Positions 1 through 10,262 of a stretch of DNA of 40,241 nt are shown here, one piece after another. The position numbers were made by a program, and so were the translations under genes. The stretch's first letter is position 1. Every line of letters starts with the position of its first letter. This stretch comes from Neoconidiobolus thromboides FSU 785 (taxonomy: Eukaryota; Fungi; Entomophthoromycota). The notes beneath the pieces are model-generated. The model searched no databases, had not been told where the DNA came from, and saw only the letters and a list, made by a program, of their open reading frames with translations. Location of the stretch: the NCBI GenBank assembly GCA_025603075.1, contig MU626431.1, positions 1 through 40,241 on the forward strand, written 5' to 3'.

Positions 1-11
1 TATAAATTAAA

Positions 12-404
12 ATGAAACTTCTCTACATTCTCTCAAGTGCTCTTGCTATCTCCACTGCTTCTGCTTTCAGTATCAGAGGTGCTGCTAACTATATCCGTGA
101 TGCTGTAACTGAAACTAAACAGCCTGAAACTAAACAACCTGAAACTAAACAACCTGAAACTAAACAACCTGAAACTGAACAACCCGAAGAACAAACCTCA
201 AGTGGCTCGGATGGTGAAGTTAGTTTAGAAAAGATTGAAACTGATGCTATCAATCTATTTAAAGAAGTATTTGAGCTTATTTTTAAACACAGTGTTAAAG
301 CAACTGAATCTCAATCTAAAGATGAACCCAAAATTAATCCAGGTCGTAGAAGCTTTAACATCAAAAGACAACCAAAAAAGCTTATAGCCAAGAGACGCCA
401 TTGA
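12..404 (+). CDS. Small secreted protein with five tandem ETKQP-type repeats
   Basis: ATG at 12; hydrophobic signal peptide MKLLYILSSALAISTASA; repeats; basic C-terminus with RR/KR/KK pairs; TGA at 402-404. Confidence 0.8.
   Translation: MKLLYILSSALAISTASAFSIRGAANYIRDAVTETKQPETKQPETKQPETKQPETEQPEEQTSSGSDGEVSLEKIETDAINLFKEVFELIFKHSVKATESQSKDEPKINPGRRSFNIKRQPKKLIAKRRH
111..185 (+). repeat. Coding tandem repeat, 15-bp unit GAAACTAAACAACCT x5
   Basis: Units at 111, 126, 141, 156 and 171; last unit diverged (ETEQP). Confidence 0.95.
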
Positions 405-894
405 TTTGACTCTGAAAAGTGTATTTTTTGTATAGTAAATTTTAAAAACATAAGAACTTTGATTTTATATTTTTGACTAGGGCTTTTTTTTGAAATCCTT
501 ATTAACAATCTACATCATAATAAATTGATCTGATTATTTTTATTTTCAAAGTCATTTTTTAAATATCAAGCCTATATATTGTGATAAAGTTGTATTTAAA
601 TAACTCTAAAATACTTATTTTAAATATGAAACTAAATTTTATTTATAAATTTGATAAAGAGGTTACTTGAAATGTCCAATAATGAATGTTATATAAACCA
701 CAATTAATATATTGTAAAGAATTAGATCGAAAAAAATATTTAAGAATGAATATACTTATACTGTATTAACTTTTGCCATTAAAAAATAATATAATCGTAA
801 ATATTATATGCCGTAGCACCGTGGAAGGATATTATCAACCATTTAACAAAAACACGTATTCACAACATATTTTGTCAAAAATAAATAATTTTAA

Positions 895-2202
895 CTAAAG
901 GAAGTATTCTGGCGCATCCTAAGATTTATAACATGAGCATTGTAAAACCCAAATTAATTTAAGTTACCTTGGATTCATCTTTGAGGGAAGGTCTCTCATG
1001 ATCAGGCGCAGCTGCAAATATATTAAAGAATGCAGTTTCAACTTCTAAAATAGAAGCCATGTTACCACAACGATAACAATAATTAGGGGCAGACCATACC
1101 GTAGACAGCAAACCGTCAAAAAGCACCTAATACAAACGGTAAGGTATAAAATAGCTAAATAAAAAAGCCTACTTGATATCCTTCCATACATAATTGATGC
1201 GCTCTTAATATATGGTCCATCTGATTTAATTCGCAGAATTTTTTTACAACATCCTTACCAAAAGTATATCCAGCACCTCTAAATAAAAATAATTAATATC
1301 TAATTTTATAAATATAACATTTAAATACCTTGCAGACATGGAATAGTCATCTTTGTCAGGATCAGGATCAGACCATACCAAATCCGCCATAGGTCCTTCA
1401 TGCGGTATTTCTAAATAACAATGAATTTAGATACTGATAGCAATTAATCTTATACCTTTAAAACGATCTAATACTTTTATTTGATCGATCCAATGGATAG
1501 AAGGGGATAGGCCTTTTAAATGAAAAATAGCATTATTTTTTATAATTATGTCTACTAAAATAAAAATTTACCTCCATGTACACAAAATATTGTATTATTT
1601 ATCACAACACTTAATGTTAAAAAATCAAACATGCTGGTAAAGTAATTCCAAACGTTTGATGAACCATATTTACGATGACACTCAGTATAAAAACCATAGG
1701 TCTAAATTTTAATTAAAAAAATAGAAAATAACATATTTAAACTTACTTGAGTAACTGTTCTTGATTCATGATTACCCCTAACTAATTGAATACGTTGAGG
1801 GTACCTCAATTTTAAGCAAGTCAATAAGGTTATAGTTTCAACAGAATAATAACCTCTATCAACATAATCGCCTATTCGGATAAATATAAACTGTAAAAAA
1901 CATTAATACTTAAAATTACCTAAGAATAAATAATTTGTATCTGGAGGATAGCCGCCAATTTTAAATATTTCTAACAAGTCATAAAATTGACTATTTTTAT
2001 GTTAATGAATTGAGTAAAAACATTTTTTTTAAAAGTACCCATGAATATCTCCAACTACTGTAACTGGACTTTGAATATGAACTACATTACTTTCTTCAAT
2101 TAATAATTCTTTCACTTTTTCGCAAATATCTTTTATAACGGACTCAGCTAATAATTTACAGTCATAAACTTGTTCAATACATTTATCTATGTCTAATACC
2201 AT
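895..2202 (-). CDS. PPG1: PP2A-family Ser/Thr phosphatase, PPG1 type, 9 exons
   Basis: Spliced translation [29 protein letters not shown]...GDIHG|QFYDL...GDYVDRG...RGNHE...[18 protein letters not shown]...[14 protein letters not shown]...DAPEYFL*. PPP motifs intact; LLAESVIK and [15 protein letters not shown] resemble fungal Ppg1. Eight GT-AG introns. Confidence 0.88.
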
Positions 2203-2325
2203 TATTAAAAAGTAATTGTTTGATTTTGATCTTTTCTAGTTTAATTACGAATTATGCAAACAAATAAAACATTTGCAATTTAAAACTTAAATTTAAAATT
2301 AAAAGTAATCTTTATAAAACTAGAG

Positions 2326-2984
2326 ATGAATAATGCTAAAGAGGAAATATTAGCTTATTTTAAGACAAAGTTGAACAACGTAACTAATAATAAACAACAA
2401 CAAAAAGAAGAACAATGGTCTTTAGAAGAAGAAAAGAAATATGAGTCATGGGTATATGGACTTTCATTATCTTCGTTTGTTCTGGGTTTAGGAATAGCAG
2501 TTTTAATTAATAAAAGAAAAGGTAATTCCGATATAAAATTTAATTGAGATTGTAAAATAAAGATTAAAAGGTGCTGCTTTAACTTCTAAAATTGAAAAGA
2601 AGCTAATTAAACCAAGGTTACAGCAGCAATTTAGCCATGATCCTATGAATGATGCAAAAAAATTTGCCATAAAAACATTTGGTCTTGGCACTTTATTGTG
2701 TGCTGGTGTATTTACAATATCAGGTGCTACTGTATCTTATTTAACTGGTACAACCAATGTAAAATTTAACTTTTTTATTATATCAAAATTAACCTTTATG
2801 TTTAAAGTTAAAAGATTTTTCGCATTTTATGAGAGAGAAAATTGGTGGACAGTTGCTAAGTAACCCAGTTAATGCTGACGAAGAAGATTCAAGATTGGAT
2901 GAAGAAATAGAAATAGAAAAAAATAAGGATGAAGATTTGAAAGAGTTTCTAAATTGTGATTCCAATGAAGAAAAAATGAGTTAA
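2326..2984 (+). CDS. Two-TM membrane protein resembling TMEM242/Aim11 (probably mitochondrial), 3 exons
   Basis: Joining ORFs across introns at ~2522-2570 and ~2759-2808 gives one frame: TM1 WVYGLSLSSFVLGLGIAVLI, TM2 FAIKTFGLGTLLCAGVFTISGATVSYLTG, then TTNLKDFSHFMREK and an acidic tail. Family call is from recalled similarity. Confidence 0.6.
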
Positions 2985-3015
2985 ATTTGTCTCTATTTAA
3001 TATAGAGACAAATTT
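2983..3015. other. Perfect 14-bp inverted repeat (hairpin, 5-nt loop) starting in the stop codon of the upstream gene
   Basis: AAATTTGTCTCTAT (2983-2996), loop TTAAT, ATAGAGACAAATTT (3002-3015). Confidence 0.85.
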
Positions 3016-3363
3016 TAATTACCTCTCCTTTTATATAATCTTCGATCAAATTAAAATTATTACCTTTAAATAAACTATATTGGAAATTATTATAGTTCGA
3101 TTTTTTCAAATAACTGTATACACTTGAAAGTACATCAACTGAAATATAAATATAGATAGCATAAATATACAACTATACTCCTTGTCAAAGTAGCAGAACA
3201 ACTTTAAATCCATGACGTGCTATTATATTTAGATTGTCTTGATTAAAAACATAATGATACAAAATTAACTTACCTCATTAGACAAATAACACTATAATTT
3301 GAAAAAAACTCAAAAAATACACGTAAATAAAGTAGCAATAAATTTAATAATATAAATACTTCC

Positions 3364-4082
3364 TTAAGCTTTTGGAGTATATTTAGGACGAGTTTCAGAG
3401 TATGAAATACCACCAGTAACTTCTTTGATTTCTGGTAAATTGGCAATATTATCAATATACTTAGTCAAATTTTGATATTTAGAGCGATCTGTATTACTAA
3501 AGAAACGAGAGTATAAAGTTTCTAAGCAAAAGTAAAGGTTAACATCTGCTAAGGTAAGATGATTTCCAACCAAGTAGTCCTTTCCTTTTAACTCATTATT
3601 GAGATAACTTAATGGACGATCAAGCTTCTCATAATGCTTAGCTTCTGTTTGTTCATCATATGGAGCAAAACCAAGATGAGGTAATAAAATTGGAAGGAAA
3701 GCAGAAAATACAGAAGTTTCACCAAAGAAAAGATATTGGTAAACTTTAGAGCGCTCATTAGCATCTTTACCTAAAAGTGGGTTATTTTCTTTTTGAGAGG
3801 CAATGTGTAATGGGATAGCGGCAGATTCAGTTAAAATGAGCCCATCTTTTCCTTCGAAAGCTGGAGTTTGACCTAAAGGAAACTTGGCAAGGTATTCTGG
3901 CTTTTTGTTATCTACACCAAATTGAAAATTAGGATCAAAATCAATTTCAACACCACTAAGTTTAGCAGTAACCAAGGATTTGTTTACTCGAGAGTTCTTT
4001 GGAGCACCATATAAACGCTATAAAACCACATAATTAAATTAATATAGATAAAAAATAATAAACTTACACCAATTGATACCAT
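3364..4082 (-). CDS. Glutathione S-transferase of eEF1Bgamma N-terminal type, copy 1, 2 exons, no EF1G C-terminal domain
   Basis: MVSIG|RLYGAPKNSRVNKSLVTAKLSG...KPEYLAKFPLGQTPAFEGKDGLILTESAAI...YLVGNHLTLADV...; GST_N and GST_C motifs typical of eEF1Bgamma; stop directly after GST_C. Confidence 0.88.
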
Positions 4083-4348
4083 ATTGAATAATTGTTGAAA
4101 ATATACATTCTAATAGTTATTTTAATTGCTATTTATACTGCTGCTATTGTTAGATGATGTAAGTCAATCAAGAATATGGTACAAAAAATAATTTGACAAG
4201 TTTACTATTTAGATGACGTTTATCTATACTATTTGGAGAAATAAACAGAAGCTAGATTCGTCATTCGGTTAAATAATTTAATGACTGGTTAATTCAATAA
4301 TAGCTTATAATACTATCCCTTAAATATAAATTTAAGCTTTAAACATAT

Positions 4349-4445
4349 GGGGATGTATTCTCTTGTTTAAGAATTTTACCAATAGTCCTTCTACTCAAAT
4401 AATGCTTAAAAATGGAAAAAGTGATGAAATCAAAAAAACATCCCC
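4349..4445 (+). mobile_element. MITE-like element copy 1 (reference orientation)
   Basis: ATAT|GGGGATGTATT...AAAAAAACATCCCC|ATAT, 97 bp, terminal inverted repeats and identical 4-bp flanks. Confidence 0.85.
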
Positions 4446-4768
4446 ATATATAGAATACAAATATTGATTGTATTATATTACTAATACGAATTTAAATATT
4501 TTATAAGTATTTAATAATTAAAGATGTCAATAATATTGCTATACTTTACACAACATAATAAATTTAAGATACATATGTAATTTTCTAAAATGATTTTGAT
4601 TTTATAATTAAATAATGTAAATATGATGCCAGCTATATATTAAATATTTAAGTTCTATAAAAATACAATTATATATGATTTATTAATTTTATAAAATATT
4701 ATGATAAAATGTTTAAGAAATTCATATGCTACAAGAATAATTAAATGATACTAGCATAGATAAGTGAG

Positions 4769-5269
4769 TTAATGGAATTTTTTGTATGGATATGGTTTTT
4801 TAAGGACAGGTAAACAAATGCGAATATAATCCATATCTCTGGTTTTCTCAAAATCAGAATCAAAGGAATCAAAAGTAATCCCTTTATCATAAAATAATTT
4901 TGGGTATAAGCTTTGTAAAATTACATCCTCACTTTTCAAATTATGAACTTTTACCTGAAGTTCTTTTGGACATTTCACAAATACTTCAGGTGTTAATTTA
5001 CCACTATGTTTTGTAAGGCTCTCTTTTGCTTTATTTTTGATTGGTATTTTTACCATTATATTATTAAGATCATCTTGAAATATATCTTTATCATAACGGT
5101 TATTGTATTTGAAATTCATTTTAATTAATACACCATTATCCTTTTTAATTGAGTTCATTTTCCCTTCATTTTTATTGTTATTGTCTACTTTCAACTTTAT
5201 TGTTGATGATTTATTTTCGTTAGGAAGCCTTATTGTAACTAAGTTACGGTCTTCTTGAATTATGTCCAT
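4769..5269 (-). CDS. Hypothetical Lys/Asn-rich protein of ~166 aa; weak HSP20/alpha-crystallin-like strands
   Basis: Open frame from ATG at 5269 (MDIIQED; the track's 5338 start is TTG); CCAAT box ~88 bp upstream; motifs DNGVLIKM, IMVKIPIK, IRICLPVLKK. Confidence 0.6.
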   Translation of the reverse strand: MDIIQEDRNLVTIRLPNENKSSTIKLKVDNNNKNEGKMNSIKKDNGVLIKMNFKYNNRYDKDIFQDDLNNIMVKIPIKNKAKESLTKHSGKLTPEVFVKCPKELQVKVHNLKSEDVILQSLYPKLFYDKGITFDSFDSDFEKTRDMDYIRICLPVLKKPYPYKKFH

Positions 5270-5424
5270 TTTCTTGTAACAAGTAAAGGAAAATGATTTT
5301 TGGACAATTATTACATTTATGGTTCTGGTAAAATGCAATCTTAATTTTAAAATATGATTGGCTAAAATTCAAACTAAAAATTTAATTTCTATTTTAATTT
5401 ATTTTTATTTAGGTTAGTATAATT

Positions 5425-6392
5425 TTATTCCATATGGAGTTTCATTTCCAATTCTTTAATACGCATATTAGCACTCAAAAGTTCCTCTTTCAACTTTAAT
5501 ATTTCCAACTCATGTCGTGGTTGATGAACGTTGATTGTAAAAGTTGAAGAAGCGGTAATATCTTCTAATCCAAAGGAAGGAATGTTTTCTAAATATGCAT
5601 CTTCTTTGCTATTATTGTTAACATCATTAGTAAATTCATGGTTGATAAGATCGACTTTTTGATTTTTTTTAGATCTTAGGGCTTCGATTTCTTTTCTAAT
5701 ATCCAAATCCGGATTAAACCAATATAATGGATATTGTCTCATGATATTGTTTACAATTAAAGCTACTACTAGCATTATACCTACTGAAAATAATACTGGA
5801 ATTGCCATATATAAAAATCCTATATCATAAAATTTTTGACCTCCAGAAACTGCAATCAATGCAGTAGCTCCAGCTGGTGGATGAACAGTGCGGGTTAATT
5901 GCATAACTACTAAAGAGATTGAAACGGCTAAAGCAGATTTTAACCATAGCAATGCAGTTGCACTACCAGTAATTTTTATAAAAATCAACTCTACCAAAAT
6001 ACCAATTAATGCACTAAATAAATTACCAAATACTAGAAATATTAAACATTAATACGTTATGAGTGTATAGTAAAATTCGAATTACTAAAGTTTCTAGGTT
6101 GAGCTAAAGCTACATCTATTGATCCATAAATTAAAATAGCCATTGCGCCCTAAGAGAGTGTTAGCTGGTTGAAACCAAATAATACAAAAAGTCTTACAAT
6201 AGATCCCATTACGGCTGGGATTAAGTTTTCATCTGCTAAAATAGTATAAGTGGATATACCTGTGACGGCAGCAATACCGAGAAAGGCACCCAAAAAAGAC
6301 CAAATTAAAACCACTAACTTAGGCCTTGGAGGTACTTTACTACCATCATTTTTACCACCAAATTTTTTGAAATAATTTATTAAAAAACTCAT
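5425..6392 (-). CDS. HPP family transmembrane protein, 3 exons
   Basis: Signature TVHPPAGATAL; spliced MGSI|GAMAILIYGSIDVALAQPRNF|IFGNLFSALIG matches the HPP AQPRN motif; several TM helices. Confidence 0.9.
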
Positions 6393-6410
6393 TAACTTTT
6401 AATTATATTA

Positions 6411-6453
6411 TTGAATTATTTTATATCTATTGAATTATTTTATATCTATTGAT
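6411..6453. repeat. Short tandem duplication of a 19-bp unit TTGAATTATTTTATATCTA, just over two copies
   Basis: Units at 6411-6429 and 6430-6448, just upstream of the HPP start codon. Confidence 0.8.
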
Positions 6454-7224
6454 TATTAATACAATATTTTATTAAAGAAACAAATCTTATTAAAATTAAT
6501 TTGGTTACTAATCTTCCTCAAATCAGACTAATCAAATAAAAGTTTATTGCATGAAAATATTATTCATTTGTATATCTATATTTGTAATATTTTTAATTTT
6601 GTTAGATAAGGATAAAACCTATCAATTTATTGTAAGATCAACTATTTTACCGAATATATGATATCTTAAAATAAATGTAAAAAGAAGCATTATAGACTTT
6701 CTATTGAAAACTTTTTTATATGAGTGGAATTCCCTTTTTATCACTCACATCAAGAATAGCTAACAAACTAAGTTCCATAGTCCTATCATGAACACTAGTC
6801 TTATCGCATAACTGATTTTGTAAATAAAATATACTTCATGTATAGTGTTTTCTGAATGCATTCACAACCTCACTTTAGATACTCCTACTTGACATAATAT
6901 ATTTAAAAGATACATAATACATACATATTTTGATAATCCTAAAAATCATGAAATTGACTGTTATACTTTTATAAACAATCTAAGTTTAAATACTCTATAA
7001 AAAAATAAACTATGGTTTGAAATCACCATGAATTTGAGCAAAATAAAACTTATACTACTTTACTGAAAATTATATTAGCTATTTATTCAAATGTTATGAA
7101 AATAAAAATAAAATAAAAATGATTGGTTACATTAAGTTCAATTAAATTTTCAAGTATAAATACAATACTAAAGAAAATTTCTTTTTCTTTGTCAAGTTTG
7201 TGCTTTGTAAAAGCATTATAAAAT

Positions 7225-7314
7225 GAAAATGAGGAAATGAAACTGCACTGTACTTAACTTTATCATTCAAAAATGATAGAGTGATGCTTATACTTTAGCA
7301 GGGGCTCTGATTCT
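7225..7314 (+). ncRNA. Candidate box C/D snoRNA with a guide complementary to U6 snRNA (SNORD94-like register, Cm62)
   Basis: C-like box ATGAGGA (7229-7235); internal hairpin TATCATT-CAAA-AATGATA; C'-like GTGATGC (7281-7287); guide CTTTAGCAGGGGC (7293-7305); D box CTGA (7307-7310); short GAA/TTC closing stem; CCAAT (7122, reverse) and TATAAA (~7155) upstream. Confidence 0.5.
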
Positions 7315-7699
7315 ATTTATAATATTAATAAAAATCTTTAAACTTTCTATTGAAGTAGATTCAATTTAATCTTCAATTTTGTAAAATTTGTATTTAAATG
7401 AATTAATACTGTTAATTGAATTACAGCCACGCTTATTAAGAAACTAAACTGATATCGAAAACCCTCATACTTCTCTTGGATATAATATATCTTATACTTA
7501 AATTTAATTTAAAAAAAATTATTTTACTAAATTTACTACATAGCTTTGTTAAATTAGTTAAAATCATAATAATAATAAATAAATTTCCGAAAATTTCAAA
7601 TTTATACTTAGGTTAAAAATACTATAATCAATATATTTAAAATCCTTTTAATGACCCACCATTCCCTTTAAAAAATAGTTCATTTAAATTACGATTTTA

Positions 7700-8013
7700 T
7701 TATGCTATTTCATCAGGGATTCTTTCCTCACTAAATCTAAGGTTAAATGATGTGTTAATAATATGGTAGTTACTTACCTTAATTGAGTATAAAAGTCAGG
7801 TTCTACATCATCGTCATCCCAAGTATGATTTAATTCTAAAGATCCATTTTCATTTTCTTCCCAGTCTTTTAAAGTTAATAGCTATTTATTAAATAAACAG
7901 TTCTTTGTTTTACCTTCAGCTTCAAAATCTTCAAATTCGTCAACTTCTTCTAGGTTATTAAGCTGTTGCTCTTGAGTTGGCTTTTCTTCTCCTTTTTTTA
8001 CTTGAGTACTCAT
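7700..8013 (-). CDS. SEM1: SEM1/DSS1 proteasome lid subunit, 3 exons (absent from the ORF track)
   Basis: MSTQVKKGEEKPTQEQQLNNLEEVDEFEDFEAE|DWEENENGSLELNHTWDDDDVEPDFYTQL|RFSEERIPDEIA*; matches the Sem1 pattern LEEDDEFEEF-DW-WDDD-DF-QLR. Confidence 0.9.
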
Positions 8014-8478
8014 ATTAAATAATTTACAAAAGTTATTTTTTGTCTATACGTAAGCTTAATATTAAGCTTAGCTATCTTAATCCAATTAAAGAAGATTAAA
8101 GTAAACCAATCATTTACTAACAATAATTCTATTAATAGGTTTTTTTTTAAAATATTGACTACCAAGTTTTAAATGCTAAATTAGCTTAAAAATAGACTAT
8201 GAACTTATTGTAGCTATTGACTATCACACTATAATATAAAATAGCATTTTATATTATATACATTGATAGTAAAGATTATAATGTTCAATAAAAAGATATT
8301 ATTCATTAATTTAAAAGTTAGACTATAAGCTTCTAATTCAATAACGTTATAATTATTAATAAAGCTATAGTTAGTCAATAATGAACTATCTAATAGAAAA
8401 ATGGAACAAAATCAAAATATTTTTTATAAAAATGATAAAGCTTAGAAAGGCATATAGCTTGTTAAATTAAAATTTTAA

Positions 8479-9175
8479 TTATTGTATATTTTCCGAAGTA
8501 GAGGGTTCTTCTTTGGTTTCTTCTTCTTCTTCCTTTTTCTCACCTATAATTATGTCAATTTACATCATCCAATAAATCATTTCTATTTACCTGCAACTTC
8601 TCCAGTTTGTTCAAATTCATCGTCAAATTCATCATCACTTACATCCTAAAAAAATATTTAATCGCTATCCAAAATAATAAATGTGAATTACTTGTAAGCC
8701 TTGTCCAAAGTTACCAAGCCCAAGGTCAGGTTGTTCTTCTTCTTCATCATCTTCATCTCTCCAACGAGCGAAATCAACTTTAATAAAAGCAGGCTTCTTC
8801 CCAGATCGATGTAATCTGGGCCAAAAGCTGGTATCATCTTCTGATTTCTTTAAAACAAGGAAAATGCGTTGAGCAGTAACATCATATCTAGAATTCTTTT
8901 ACATGTTAACAATTACAAACTGATATTCATTATAAAATTTACTTCATTATCGTATTCTTTAAAAAGACCTAAATCAACAGCGTAACTGCTGTCACTTGAT
9001 TTTCCTTCATATTTAATAGCTTGTGGTAAAAATTCCACTTTATTGTCAGTAGAATCTGCTAAAGGAATAGTTATATATACAACTTTATCGGTCTGAGCCC
9101 AAAGTAATTCTGGATGTAAACTTCGACAATTAATCTTTGAATTTCTAAAATTTATTTAAATTACCTTGCTGACAT
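8479..9175 (-). CDS. SBA1: Hsp90 co-chaperone p23 (Sba1/Wos2), 5 exons (absent from the ORF track)
   Basis: MSA|SLHPELLWAQTDKVVYITI...SFWPRLHRSGKKPAFIKVDFARWRDEDDEEE plus acidic tail; p23 signatures PxxxWAQ, WPRL and VDFxxWxDED. Confidence 0.9.
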
Positions 9176-9265
9176 TTTAATAATATAAATAGGTGAATAA
9201 TTCTGATAAAAAAATCTTAAATACTAGATTTTTGGTAGTTATACTTGATTGGTTAAAAGTGATGT

Positions 9266-9278
9266 CTCTAGAAGCTTC
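9266..9278. promoter_or_regulatory. Near-perfect heat-shock element upstream of p23/SBA1
   Basis: CTCtaGAAgcTTC is TTCnnGAAnnTTC with one mismatch, ~90 bp upstream of the ATG, next to a CCAAT box at ~9248. Confidence 0.5.
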
Positions 9279-9844
9279 TTCATTTGAGTTTTAAAAAGGA
9301 GAAAACTTGTTAATATAACATTTATTTATGATTTTAATTTAGCTCACTATGACTTTATGTAACAATTTTATTATTAATTATAGCTTTTCATTTTCATATA
9401 TATTTTGTATATACGAAATGAATTTTTAGTAATAATCAAGCTTAATTTAAAGCTGACGTAGAATTAGAGTTCAACAATTCTGTTTTTAAAAACTGCTCAA
9501 TTAGTCAGTTTCGAAAATTTAAATTTATTTTCAATAATGACAATAACTGTTTTAATGCACACTTTTTCATATTAATTTATTTAAAAGCCTAAGTCTACTA
9601 TGTGGAAAGTCATCTTAATATATTCTTGAAGGAATAAATAGTTAGCCAATTAAACTAGCACGTAGTATGAAAAATATGTTGAAATTATGCATTTTCAACC
9701 ATACAAATTACTATTATTTTATTCAATTATTTATATCCTTAAGCCATTTTTATGTAAATTAAAATAAGAATCAGGTATTATTATGGGAATTTAATACTAA
9801 GCACTATTGAATTTATTTAATCTAATGCTATTTAGTCTATAAAT

Positions 9845-10258
9845 ATGATAAACCCATTTTATAAGTTGAATACAAGTTTACTTAAAAGTATTAGATTCTA
9901 TAGTTATAAACGTTTTGTTAAAGTAAATCATTATTATTTATAACAAAACCCAACTAATTGTTTTTAGCCAGAACCTTTATGGTCAGTGAATAGTTTATTA
10001 AAAGAAGTGAACAAAGAAACACTGAGTGGGGAATACTTACAGCATTTAGGGAATTTGAGTGCATTAAATGCAAGTAGCGTAAAAAGTTTAAAAGAAGATA
10101 TAAATCGATTAAATCATTTATTTGATATACTTAATGAAATTAAAATAGAAGGAGTTGAAAGCACTGAAAGATTAACTGATACTCAAGTTATTGATGAGAT
10201 ACAAGAAAGAAAAGCTAAAAGTGAAGAAATTGGCAAAAAAGGATACTATGTGATTTAA
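9845..10258 (+). CDS. Mitochondrial Glu-tRNA(Gln) amidotransferase subunit F/C-like (GatF), 2 exons
   Basis: MINPFYKLNTSLLKSIRFYSYKRFVK|PEPLWSVNSLL...LQHLGNLSAL...IEGVE...GYYVI*. Basic presequence; WSVxSLL, LxxLSAL, GVE and terminal YYV motifs recall fungal GatF. Confidence 0.7.
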
Positions 10259-10262
10259 TTTA

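Noticed and set aside
6715-6897. Coding-like minus-strand stretch (MSSRSI*SEVVNAF...)
   Set aside because: Two internal stops and no recognisable family.
8051-8070. Perfect 20-bp palindrome TAAGCTTAATATTAAGCTTA upstream of SEM1
   Set aside because: Mostly A/T; a rough estimate makes one such palindrome per 40 kb plausible by chance, and there is no second copy.
8310-8380. AAGCT(T)ATAGTTAG-like imperfect inverted repeats here and at ~35470, possible second MITE family
   Set aside because: Similarity limited to ~14 AT-rich bases; no shared interior or target duplication.
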